Shown in pieces: positions 23,301 through 36,246 of a stretch of DNA of 64,000 nt. Made by a program: the position numbers and the translations under genes. Below the pieces are notes generated by a model. It worked only from the letters and a program-made list of their open reading frames with translations, did no database searches and was not told the origin of the DNA. Source of the DNA: Bispira polyomma. Its lineage: Eukaryota. The first letter of the stretch is position 1. The number at the start of each line of letters is the position of its first letter. Where the stretch lies: NCBI GenBank assembly GCA_965649765.1, contig OZ287751.1, positions 92,132,001 through 92,196,000 on the forward strand, read 5' to 3'.

Positions 23301-25299
23301 GCAATAGCCCTTAAAATATACGGTAACATGTTTACATTATAGTTTAAAATTACAAGGAACAGTTTGATGTTACTTAAAACCAGAAAAAAAAACCACATTT
23401 TTCTGCTGACATGAGAATAAGAGAAAAAAACAACAGTACATGTAGCGCGTTTAAATTTATGACGGTTGAAATCGGAGAGAACAACATTAATCAAGTACAA
23501 TTGTTCTGTCAATGGGTTGGATGTTTAAAAAAAAAAAAATCCCTTTGACCAAGGGGGTAATTTTAAATTGATGATTCAGATAGACAGGATTATTTGTTCC
23601 ACTATGGCCTAGTGGGTAACTCACTCACTTTGGAAAGCCAGAGGTACTGGGTTCTACCCCAATCTTGGGCGACCAAGTTCAGGCAGATACATAGTGGCTC
23701 GGTTAAGACACTTATAATGGGGGTCTTTATCCCCAGTGGCAGGCTAAAGAACCTTTGAGGACATGGACACCTGGTTGTCCTCTGGCCTCTCTCTCTTCAG
23801 TTTGAGGAATAATACTTTCTGGTGTGGGTTAGCTGTACATGGGCAATCAATATAAAAGTTCAATTAGCACTTTGAATACCAGATGCAGGGTAGAGTAAAT
23901 GTGCAGAGTATAAGTCTCAATACAATACAACAGGTATAAAACACACTTTTTGAGACCCCGTCTCAATTGATTGTATTGTGTGTGGTTGTATATTTGAAAA
24001 CAAAATTGACATATTACCCAGTGGCCTAATACATTCATTCCATGATGTATATGTGTATTTACCATTCCTTTAAAGGGATTCTCCTATTGATTTTAAGATC
24101 AATTCATCAAGATAAGGTACACTCTAGGATATAAAATCTTTCATATGGTTTAAATACCGGTACTTCCTGTGTGAAGAAACTTTCATCAAATTAAGTTTTC
24201 TGCAATTGATTTTTGTACTATTTACTGGTTTCTTTTTAGTTAAATTTTTAAAAGAATGTTAAAATTTTGACTAGGAAGTATTTTTCAATACCCAACTCTT
24301 TGGCCAAAATAGCTAATACATTTCCAGTAAAAAATTGCCACTTCTACAGTTTTTGAGACCCTTCTTAATAGATCTCAGAATCTCTGATACAAAAGCGTTT
24401 CTTACACTTTTTTGTTTTCCGAAAATCAATAGGTCGTTTTTTCCATCTACTTTTCAAAAAAATAACCAGAGGTAAATGTAAACAATCTTCTATTGTTGGG
24501 TTAAACTTCAACGACTAAGAAATGATGACATATATTGATCTGCTGTACAGTATAGTTCCATCCAGGTTACTTGCCATATAAGTTTCAGCCCCCTTTTAGT
24601 CTGAAGGGGTGAAAAGGTTTACCTTATTTGTCTTATAAATAGTAAAATCCAGCTTGCTCATTTTTGTAGGGTTTCAAAACCTGTGAGCCTAATTCTTTGT
24701 GCAAAAGGTTGTACGGTACAAATTTTTTATCTGATAGTTAAAAACCACGGAATAAGTGTGATTTTACACTTAGTATGTTGTCTCATTTTGTTGGTCTTTT
24801 TTTTATTACAAAAAAAAAAAAAGCACAGCCACCTAGACTTCATTAACTGGACTTCTAAAGACAGGTGCTTGAGAATGACCATCTTGTAAGTGTCCCCACC
24901 CCAAATTTGATTCTTTTAAAAGTGGAGCTGAGACTGCCATTTTGTTCAGTGACATCCGAGTCACTATTTATTTACCTTTTAGTGGGGGGGGACTAAACCT
25001 AGATCATCTACAGTCAAACCCCTTTAAGTAGAACTCTGATAAGTCGATTTCTTTTTTTATATTGAGGTCAATCTATGGTCCAAGTGTGGCATTTTCTTTT
25101 AAATGTACCCTGTGAAGTGGAAATCCTGCCTAAGTAGAGGTATTTCTTCTGTTGCCCCTTGAGGTCCTACATAAATAGGGTTAACTATGAAGTTCCAAAG
25201 CAACTGTCTTGCCCACTTAAGCCCTTTTATGACATTTTGAGTTAAATTTGTGTGTATACCTATCTAATTTCCGAGGCGGACGGGTGAGCATATTTGTTT

Positions 25300-26015
25300 G
25301 TGTAGGTGTCAGGATGGTTGATTTTGACAGAATGTACCATCTTTTGTAGTTTTATAGGCAGGATGTTCAGAAATATGATGTTCTCCTAAATGTTTATATA
25401 GACAAACAGGTTAGGATGTTTGATTCTGAAATAATGTGCACTCTTTGTTTTGTAATAGGCAGCACCTGATTCAGAATGTTTAATTTAGAAACTAGAAGGG
25501 GACTTAGCAACAAAATAAATCACAGAGAAGAAAATTCTGAAGTTGCATTTGTCCTTTGACTGGAATAAGTTTTTAAGATTTGAAAGATTCTTGCATGGCC
25601 TTAATTCTCCATTCCTCCACCACATTTCATGTACAAATTAAAATTGGTTTAGTAATTTTTGTGTAAGGCTGGTGCGCAAGAAAGTAACCAAGAGACATGG
25701 TAAAAGATACCATTCTTGGGCAAAGTAGTTATATATCCATACCCCATATGTTTTTAGAGGCAAACAGGTTAGGATGTTTCATTGTAAAATAATGTACCCT
25801 GCTTTGTGCTTTGCAGGCAGGCAAGTTCAGATGCTAGATTATGAAACAATGGATACTCCCTCTGTTGTATGGGGAAGACCCTTGTCAGGATATTTAATAT
25901 TGTGAAATAATGCATACTCCCACATCTGTTTTAACAGGCAGGAAAGGTTACTATGGATTTGCTATGAAATAATATATACTCTCCTTTAATGTGCTTTACA
26001 GGCAGACAAGTCAGG
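25300..26015 (+). repeat. Degenerate ~60-bp tandem array whose last unit contains the real splice acceptor of the Rab-like gene
   Basis: Recurring unit ...tgaaataatgta.actc..tt.tg..tt.cAG|GCAG...caggatgtt, with AG|GC at 25357, 25458, 25816, 25937 and 26001. Confidence 0.75.
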
Positions 26016-26486
26016 GTACAGTTCTGGGATATAGATGGCGGGGAAACCAAGACAGCCATCAGAAGCTCTCAGAAAGCTCATGCAGTAGTGGTATTGTACG
26101 ACCTCACAAACAGGAGCTCATTTGATAGAGCCAAGTTGTTCTTGGAGAGCATAAACCCACGTGTGACCTCCATGCTGGTGGGCAATAAGGTGGACATCCG
26201 CGACCTTCGGAGGGTCTCCTACGAAGAAGGCAGGATCCTGGCTAAGATTCATAGGGTGCAATACGTAGAGACTTCAGTGAAGTATAATCACAACATTGAA
26301 GAGACTCTTCAGCTACTGCTAGCATGTATACCTAGGGAGTATTTGGTCATTGGAAAGACGCCCTATGTAAAGCAGAGGTCAAGGTCAGACTCCACTTATC
26401 CCACGCCTACTGACATGGCACACTTTTGTGATAATTGTCAGAACAAACTTTTCCACCATCATCCAAAGGATGAAATAGGCATCTAA
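26002..26486 (+). CDS. Atypical Rab-like GTPase, second/terminal coding exon (G3-G5 boxes)
   Basis: ctttacAG 26000-26001. Phase 1 joins in frame: (G)RQVRVQFWDIDGGE...VVVLYDLTNRSSF...LVGNKVD...YVETSVK...DEIGI-stop. Confidence 0.9.
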
Positions 26487-26690
26487 GTGTAGTTTTCTGT
26501 TAATAAGTCAGAGGGAGAAAAAATGTCATTCATGTTGCAATTGTGAAGATCATGAATGTGCTGTTTGGTATTTCATATTGAAATTGATGTAGACTCAAGA
26601 AAGTACTATTACCAGAAGTTGTTACGTCTTAATGGTAGTTCTGTGTTAAAAGCAACTGTTATAATGTAATTTATGGAGATGTAATGGAGA

Positions 26691-26912
26691 TACTGTGTAA
26701 ACCTCTATTATCCAAACATGTGGGGAGAATAGGATTTTGTTCAGATAATAGAAAGTTCATAAAACAGAAGTAACATTTCAGTATCAAACATTAGAAAAAC
26801 ATAAATATGGGAGTCATCTCAAGAGGAAAGTGTAAAGTTGGGAGAGTGAAAGTGAGGTCATAAAATCAAATATTTGGTTAATAGAAGTTCAGATAATGGA
26901 AGTTCTACTGTA
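26691..26912. mobile_element. Tc1/pogo-like MITE family A (other copies ~11327, 15752, 40450, 48416, 53879, 54870)
   Basis: TA-CAGTAGAACCTCTATTATCC...GATAATAGAGGTTCTACTG-TA consensus termini in many copies. Confidence 0.8.
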
Positions 26913-29129
26913 TTGTATATTATGAAACCCTTGCAACATGATACAAATGATACCATTTTTTGTACTATTTTTTTTGTAAGCAAATGGTACCATTTTTTTT
27001 TCTTCCAAACTCCCAATACAAGAATGTATTTATTCCTGAGAAATTTTAACTCTCCTTCAGTGTATGTTTTTCTTTTTCTTCAGTGTTTGATGAAGACTTA
27101 AACTGTAATTATTAAGATACACTTGTTATTTTCACATGTACAGTAGTAGACTCTGTATAGGTAGAACCATTTTAAATCAAATTTTGGTATTTAGTAGACC
27201 CACTTTTGAGGTGGAGTGATTTTAGTATTTCCGGCTTCCTGGTTACAGAGTATTTAAGGTAGAAACGAAAATAATGGATAGGGTTGCAACTAAAATTCAT
27301 AAAAGTAGTAAACATTTATAACTTTGGTGAATATTCACAGATATTAAAGGGGAATGACTGCCTAACAATTTCAAATGCATTCCGAAAGCTAATTGTTTAA
27401 GGGCCTTTCTGAAATGTTCGGCCATCTTGGATTTAACAGGAAATCACTAGTCCTATATTTTTCAAGATATCTCAAAAAATCAACAGTTGAGACCTGTTTT
27501 CATTCATACTGAAATGTCAGGCTAAGATTGATGTTTATTTTGATATATGATTTGTAGGGCCAGCCCTTCGCCAGACTTTAGTATAGCTCAAAAGGCTATA
27601 AGATAATGTATAGCAAAATTAATAGTGGTCTCACTTCAGGTCCCAACATCAGAAAATGGTGTATGTTTCTAGGTATAACTTTAAATTAACTATAACTAGA
27701 ACCGAATCCTGTGGATGCTGGATGATCCAGTTTATTATACAGAGTCTACTCTAAAAGTATTTCAGGATCACAGTATATACCAGGGTATCAATATAAATAG
27801 TATGAGTTTTTTCTTATAAACATATTTTTGCTTTTGCCAAGTTTGTGTTATCACCAGAAATCTAGCAAATGATAAAAAGGCATGTGGTTAAGTAGCATTC
27901 ATACTCCTGGTTGGTAAAACATACAGCTTTCTAAATAGAAAGTAACATTAGTCATATGTATGTTTGGCTGGTACCTGCTGTTTGTACATTTCCTGTGAAA
28001 ACCACGAACATTTTTGCACTTTTGCTAGTGGCTAAAATACAACCATGTCATCTGGAATTCTGGAAATCGAAGCCAAATTGCCCCAAGATTCAGATGACAG
28101 TGCAAAACAAAACCCTCAAAATTGTAGGGCATCCGAAAAAGAAATAACATACACTACAAAGATATTACCTGCTATCCATCTAGACATTGCAGTTTCATTA
28201 GAATCAGGCTGTTCACACACTGTTATAGTTTTTAAAGAAATTTATGATTACCTTCATAGTGTGTGTCTTATAATTACATGAACTAGGACATAAAAAATAT
28301 GGAGTGTAATAATGTTTGCAACAGCAATTTAACTGATCTTTGGAAGGACATGAGAAAAGCAGAAACTATTAATGATCTTATGTTTAAAGGTAGTTCAATG
28401 TCACGTGCATAGTATCTTTGAACAAAAGAGAGCTAAATTTGATTTAAAAAAAATACATTTTTCTGAAAGAAGATACAAATAAGAACAAGTCAAGATAAGG
28501 ACCACGGAAGAGCAATCGTAGCTATTCCAATGAGAGTTACAGTAAAGAATGATTCAGAGTCAATTTTTTCAGAAGTGCTACACCGACATGGCACAATGAT
28601 TTTAACAAAACTCTTCTTAAATATTTTTCAATCATCTGATTTTTATGATATAATTTCTATGCTAGTTGTATGCAGTACAAAACGATTCCAAAATTGAACA
28701 TGCGCGATGAGAGCATTATTTAAGTGATAACTGCATAAACTCTGTGATTACAATAAATGAAGTTTATCCAGTTGTTAAGATTCTGAAAAAAGAAAAAGTC
28801 GGTAGGTTAAGCCTGTATTTCAAGCAAGATTTTAAAGGATGATACAGTAATTGTACTATCAATAGAGTTATTTAATTAACATTTTGACATGGTCTCAATA
28901 CTTCAATATGGAAAAAGTCATTGATTACACATATACCCAAGGGGAGTGGGAAAGACCCATATCTCCCTTTGAATTATAGGTGTGTTAATGTGAATTCTTG
29001 TGTTAGTAAGGCTAATCATGCATTATTAAATAAGTGAATTAACGCATAGTACCTAATTAACTGTGTATGTTAGATCTACTGGTTGAAGAACAAAATGGGT
29101 TTAGACAATATGGTACTTCCTGTGAGGAT

Positions 29130-29690
29130 CACCTTTCCGTATAAAATTTTATATAGGTAAGAAATAGAGTCTTCAGCAACAAGTTAGCATTGTCTGCATT
29201 TATAGACATGGAAAATGCCTTTAATTGTATAGATACAGATATTTTATTATACCACCTTTTGGAATATAAGATTGAGGAACTGTATATTATGCTATAAAAA
29301 AATATACGTTTGACCACATTTTCCTGTAGAAACAAAGAATCAACTGACTGGTTCCAAGTGGAAAGGGTGTTCTACAGGGGGATACCTTTTCACCAACTTT
29401 TTCAAAGCTTTATTGCAGTTTAAATAAATGAACTAGCCAAGATAATTAAAAAAATTAATTTTGGCATTATTGTTAATGGTATTAATGTCCAATTCTTCTT
29501 TTTGCAGACGGCATTTATTTTAGAGATTATAATAACATTACAAACAGTGATTAATAGAAAACCTAAATGATGTCAAAAATGGCGATTAAATCATGTACTG
29601 CAAACAAAGAAAAATCAACCTTTATGCATTTCCAAGAAACGACAAAGGCTCAAACCGAACATGATTTTAAATACCGCATTTAATACTTAG
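29130..29690 (+). mobile_element. Decayed LINE reverse-transcriptase fragment
   Basis: Frameshifted remnants TDWF..., QGDTFSP, INELA and LLFAD. Confidence 0.6.
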
Positions 29691-31569
29691 CACCACAAAA
29701 ATTGTGATAAAACAGGTGAAACCTTTTAGATATGTTTTTTTCAAGTGATTAGCTTCACTAGTGTCATTTTTTGGTTACTAAGATTTCACAAAAACATACT
29801 GAACTGATCGCAAGCTATATGATCGAGGGATTGGGTATCCGTCAACTAAAATCCCTTAAATTTTGGATCAGATTCGGGTACAAGGTCTTTATTTTCTTTA
29901 CTTATTGGCAGTGTTGCATCTTGGCCAAGGTATGCACTCCACTGGGTGCCCTTCTAGTTATCATTTAAAATTACTGTCTGGCTTAACTTTTCAATAATAT
30001 AAGAAGAAAGTTGTGGTAGTTGTAAATATCAGGTAGATTTAACCTAAATTATGATACAAACATTGAAATATTCAAAGCAGTACACACTTTTTTAGACAAA
30101 TGAAACCACTTTAAATAGACGGTTTTTGATCACACACCAGCTTTCAACCATTACCATCCTTGTCCTTGCTCTTCTTCATACATCATCTTTATTTTGTAAA
30201 TATCTCATTGCAAGTAGGCTTTGTATAAATGTATTTGACGATTGTTGCCTTATTGTTAGTCAAATATATTTGAAACAAAAGAAATTTTTGTTTTGTGTAA
30301 TATGTCTCATGATAATGTATTGATTTCACACAACTCTTGAATAATTTTACAAATGAAAACAACTTTGCAGCATGGGTTTTGTTATTTAGATCAGATTACT
30401 ATTATGCTTGCATTGGCATCATATTTATGTCATGATAGCCAAATCAACATTTGAGATTTTATGTTTAAGGAATTCAACAAATGGATTTTTTTACTCTTTT
30501 TTTTTTTTTAGCCAACTATTGTGTTCAGTAATAAATGCAAAATGTGCACAGTTAAACATAATAGTCATGTTATTGTTTGGTAAAAATTGGTTAGTCCAAA
30601 TAAATAAAAACGTACTATGGTAACACATGTTGTGTTGTAGATGTATTTTATATCAATGGTTACAATCTGTATTTCAGCAATAATAAACTGTGAGGAAAAC
30701 AAAAAGGGGCCATTAACGTGTTATAAATTGTCAGTATGTCAAGTATAATAAAACAGATGTGATTCACAATATGAATTAATTAATGCTCTGTTGTCTATTT
30801 TGAATCCACTTTGTAAAAGCACAGTAATAATATAATAGCTGCATTAAAGGTTTGTATTTTTTGGAGTTTTAAAATATATAGAGTAAGAAATCTAAAATTC
30901 GCCACTGTATCTGAAATTCGCCACCCCTACATTTGAAGCCAAATCAATAAAAAAATGGGCGGAAAAAAACTAGAATTTAGGTAAGTAAGGTAAAGTAGTC
31001 ACAAAAATCTTAATTTTAGCAAATATTACCCACAATTCTACCAAAAACACAACCTTTTCTAGGTGGAGAATTTCCGATACAGTGGTAAATTTTAGATTCC
31101 TTACTCTAAATCACTTTGAGATGGAGTTGTGTTGGTTAAATAATGTTTATATTAACAATATAAAGATGTAGATACATGTACGTACCTATACTACAAATAG
31201 GGTATTTTGGACATTTTCAATTTTTGAAATCTGTAAAATAGTTCTGTTTTGTATGGTTTTTATCAAAGCATATCACATATAAATGTGGAGAAAGTAGAAA
31301 AATCAAATATACTATTCACCCTGCAGAGACGAAGTCTTAGTTGTTTATTACTAAAATCATTGTGAATGATATATGTATTGTAAATCAATAAATATATACC
31401 ATAGAACATGTTTTTGTACATATGTTAAAAAAACATATTAAATAGCCTTAAAAAGCTCCGGTCCGTTGAAAACTACCTACGCAGGGTGATTTTTCACCTG
31501 GGTGGTCGCTCAAACGTCACTCCTCAGCTTAAAAAATTACACTGGCTTCCCAATTACTCTAGAGTTGTG

Positions 31570-31930
31570 TTCAAATTCACGTTACCACATTTAAGGCTGC
31601 AGTCACTTAACAGCCCTCCTATCTTGCTTCCCTGCTCTCTTTCAGAAGCCTGAAGAGAGGCAATAGACACTCTATTTCTTCTGTTAGACCCACCAGGAAG
31701 GTGGGATCCAGAGCTTTCTCCATTGCAGCTCCCTTGTTATGGAACAGTCTCCCAGTTGAGTTTAGATCAGTATAGATACACTTATTGGTTTTACTCAAAA
31801 GCTCAAAACCTATCTTTTTAACCCACCGTAGTTCCTTCCTGTACACCCCCACATCTATCCTTATGACCTTGCTATGCCCATGGACTTAAGATTGGATCTG
31901 ATTCTGCTGTTGCGCTTTGGGACGGGACAG
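31570..31930 (+). mobile_element. CR1/L2-type LINE 3-prime end fragment
   Basis: RAFSIAAPLLWNSLP...KLKTYL remnant. The tail ccttatgacct.gctatgcccatggac is also at ~48612 and partly at ~38030 and ~45810. Confidence 0.72.
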
Positions 31931-34133
31931 GCTTACTTTAAAAGTACTTGTGTTTAAATGGAAAAATAATAATTGTGATAACAATAATACACACATTACA
32001 GCATTTATAGCAACAAAGTATCCAATCCATATCATGCTTTCTTCATGTCTGGAAGAATATAAAAAAGTGTTTACTTCAGTAAAAGGGTAAATAGATATTT
32101 TACAGTGAAAAAATTAGCACACCCAGTTTCAGCAATAAATTCATTCAATGAGGGGAAATGGGCAGAATTAAAAAACCTTTCATTGATGTCGCCCCATAAA
32201 TTTGTCATCTTAAAGGTCTCCGATCCAAAAAGGATTACTTTTCCTATTGTTACAGATCTAGAAATACCTAGGTATAAAAGACCACAACAGTTATCTTGAG
32301 ACATAACATTCCTCCCAAAAACCCTGGAGAAAAACCTCAAGTTGTTATTGTAGAATTTATTACGGTATTTTAAAAACCTCAAATTATTTTGTTGTAGAAC
32401 TACTGTTTCATGAAAAACTTGAAACTTTTAATCACCTGATGCCTAGCTTGCATCATTTTTGTCTCAGGAATCCATAAAAAAATTTTCAGACATGTGACAA
32501 GAATATTTTCCTTAAGGCCCACATCAAACCAGCTCTTTAAGGAATAGGCCAACAGAATTAGCCAGTGTGACATACAGACATCAGAAGCATGTTAAATAAT
32601 CTAGTGTGAGAACACCGTCTTAAACCATCAGAACTAAAATCTATTCTCAAATGGTCGGTGGTTTACAATGCAGAATTTGTGAACAATCAATCTGTACTGG
32701 TGTCCTCCTCCATTAAACTGGCTGTCCTGTCAAATCTGTGTCTTTGTTTATATCTAAGAAACTTTTGTACATTTTGTACATGTTTATTCATTATTTGATG
32801 GAACAGGTTCACAATTTATGCCAAACTCACTCATGGCTTGCAGTTGGCCATTCTTATCACATTCACCACCGTTGACCTTTTTTCATTGTCTACTGTCAGG
32901 TAGGTCGGTTGCGAATATAATCAAGGGCCTTTTTTCCATAATTTAAAAAACGTGGTATAATTTCTCTTTATGTGTTCTTTTTACCAGGACATCTTTTTGC
33001 ACTGGAGTATTTCTCAATGACTATTTATTTGTTAAAGAGGGCTACATGTTATACATGTCAGGGTCTAACCTTAGTTTTACCCTTGAATATATGACCTTGA
33101 CCTGTAATATTTTCCTGTGTAGATGGCAGGAAAATGCATGCAATTGGCTGAAACAGTTTATATTTGGTACTAAACTAAAAAATATTTATCTGGAGGGTAT
33201 ATCACTGTACTGTCCAATGGCATAACCTTAGCTCAGTCTGACCTGGGATGTTGGCAAATTTTTCAGTACCAGGTGCGACAAAATTGCCTGGCATTGCCCG
33301 TCGCCTGTCGGCGTTGCTTACATTAAAACACTTGGTTATAAATCAATGAAACTGATAAAATTGCAGTTGGCTGATCACCTCAGAAAATTGCCTGCATGGA
33401 CATGCTCACTCAGGATCTTTGTGAATTCCAGCCCAGACTAGTTTGAATAGTCATTGCTGCACATGACTGCATGTGCACCACTGTGTTGATTCATATCTCT
33501 TTGATCATTATATCTTAGAATCAAGTCCAGTATTTGAGCCATTGGCTGGCGCAGGGGTTTTAGCATCTAAGATGCTATCTTTAGATTAATTTTCACAAAC
33601 AACTACTCATAATGACCTATATGCATTAAAAAAAAAAGCTTTTAGCTACAAGAGCTTTACACTACTCAAAACAACTGCTTTGGTACTTCAGCTCATAAAC
33701 TCATAAAGGGACAATGACAGCGGCTGTGTTGACAATAAAACCTACACCCCCACAAATAAACTATGCATGCAGCTGGAGGGTATTTTATTTCCGGATATGT
33801 TCTGTTTCAATGAAATTGTTGTTGGGCTTTTGTAAAAGGCCTCACATTATCATCAAACAACAATCTTTATGGTTGAACAAAAAAAAGTTCATTTAGTACT
33901 GGCAGTAACAGAATCCTACAATGTTTAGTAACATGCCAGTTTATATTTAGGAAATTGCTGTAAAGTGACCTCATTTTCAGATACGTAGATTAATCATAGA
34001 AATATGACTCATTTCAGCGTGCAGTCCTCTAACTCAGCAGGTGTAATGTTAACAATAACATAATCAATACAAACTTGATTTAGCTGTACATGTCCATACT
34101 AAGTCTGCTGTTGGGTCCAACTCCCCTCACTTA

Positions 34134-34776
34134 TGTCCTGGTCACACCTACACGTTCTAGAGCTACGTTTGTGTCACGTTGTTTGAATTTACAAAACGTT
34201 TTGAAATGTAGTAGGAAGTGAGGATCCCTTCTGTGCTCGTTTTTTTACGTTTTGAGACGTTTTATGACGGATGATGTCATTCCGGAAACGTCTCCGTTTT
34301 GTCTTTTTTGTGTAGTGTTTCAAACTGTTTGAAACACTACAGAAACAGCTCCCGTTTCTCCCCGTTTGTCAGTTCGTCCCCGAACGTTTCTGAAAGTAGC
34401 ATAGACGTACCAGTAAGTAGCTATATGTAGTAGTAGGTAGCGAGGAAGTCCCAGTAAGTAGTGAGATCGTCTCCACTCGTTGTATTTGTTTTACTAAGCA
34501 TCAAAACGAATCAGAACGCACCACTAAGTAGCTGTACAGTAGCTACACCTAGTAGTAAGTAGTGATATCCTACCAGTAAAGGGCCCGTTTTTTTCCCCTG
34601 CTCCGTGTGTATAAGTACCAACATCATCACGAAACGTCATGAAACGTCACAAAAACGTCACAATCAACTACCCCTTTATGTAAATGATGTCACTTTGACA
34701 GGGAACTACCACGTTTTTAGTGTATATTGATTGGGTACGTTGAGGGACGTTAACACGTGTAGGTGTGACCAGACCA
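34134..34776. mobile_element. PIF/Harbinger-like MITE
   Basis: TIR CTGGTCACACCTACACGT...ACGTGTAGGTGTGACCAG with TTA on both flanks. Confidence 0.78.
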
Positions 34777-34814
34777 TTATTGAGGCATAATGCCCCGTTC
34801 ACATATCGGTAGTA

Positions 34815-35379
34815 CACCCGTGGACATTGATTGGAACGATTTTTTTTAGTTTTTCTTAATATTATATTATTTAAAACTACCATTTATTTTGTATTTGTAC
34901 TTCAAAAAAGGTTATATGACACCACATTTAATAAATAATAAAAAAGGTCCAAAATATTTTATGATTATTCTAGAAATGAAATAGTTTCTTCAAATTTTCA
35001 AAATCGAAGTGGACATTAATTGAAACACTTTTCTCATTTTTTTACTATGCTTCTTAATATTAACCAATAAATACCAATGAAATTATTCTAAATTACATCA
35101 TTATATCGCCCAAAAATTGTGACAGTAAATCTAAAATAAACCGCTCAAAAAAAAAATAGGCATCCATATTGTCATATTTCGGGTTAACAAAAAATATAAT
35201 TGCTTTAAAATATTTGTTATTGTTTAACAGTGACATTTATTGGACATAATTATTACGGCTTGTTATAAAATATATGCCATTGCGATTTTATTTTACATTT
35301 GTTTTATTCAAGCTATAATCTTGCAATTTACTGTATAATTGTTCCAATTAATGTCCGTTTCAATCAATGTCCACCGGTG
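34815..35379. mobile_element. TA-flanked MITE
   Basis: TIR CACCCGTGGACATTGATTG...CAATCAATGTCCACCGGTG with TA on both sides. Confidence 0.82.
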
Positions 35380-36058
35380 TAGGATAATGAAACAGTACAT
35401 TTGGTATAGCGCACTTACAGAACACAGCGTCCTTTCAGATGCGCCTTCTCATAGGCAACCACTATGGGCGCCAAGGTGCTTGAGGATGACCATTTATTAA
35501 CGTCCCCAAGGATCTTTAATCTGCCACTGGAGATATTACTCAGTGACAGAGGATCGCCATTTTAAGTGGTCGTCCGAGCCACCAGGCAGACTTGTGTTCA
35601 CATCTTGCCTAAGGATGTTATCCCACCAAATGAAACTAGCTGCCGGTACCGGGGACCTTCTGATCATCAGACCAACACCCTAACCACTAGACCACGGGGG
35701 ATCACTGGATAAGCGTTATCAAAAGGTACTTTACCTTGTCTCTCTGCCTTTTAAATTGGCTGTTCCATCTGGAGAAAATATACCACCCTTAAACTTGTCC
35801 AGATAAGTTTTACAAGTGGAAAAGACGGAAAAAAATGATTACTACCAGGATACATAAATACCCGAAAGTACTCAAAATTACTTGGAAAACAGGCAAAAAC
35901 ACACAATTACTGGGCCGGAAGGGTTGAAGTAGTGATTCAGTAATACTCAGAAACAGATGGAAAGATTTTTCAGGTATTTTGACCCTACCCAAAACTTCCA
36001 TTTCGCATGACCGACTGTAGAAAGTTTGGGAAGAAAGCTGAACTTAAAAGCAAGTTTT

Positions 36059-36246
36059 ACAGTTCCTCGCACTATGAGACAAATTTTCATACAGTTCGTC
36101 GCACTATGAGACAAATTTTCATACAGTTCCTTGCACTATGAGACAAATTTTCATACATTTCCTCGCACTATGAGACAAATTTTCATACAGTTCCTCGCAC
36201 TATGAGACAAATTTTCATACAGTTCCTCGCACTATGAGACAAATTT
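36059..36246. repeat. 32-bp minisatellite, about 6 copies
   Basis: Head-to-tail ACAGTTCCTCGCACTATGAGACAAATTTTCAT units with no spacers. Confidence 0.95.

Noticed and set aside
36059-36246. 32-bp repeats resembling a CRISPR array
   Set aside because: Units are head-to-tail with no unique spacers, there are no cas genes and the context is eukaryotic: a minisatellite.
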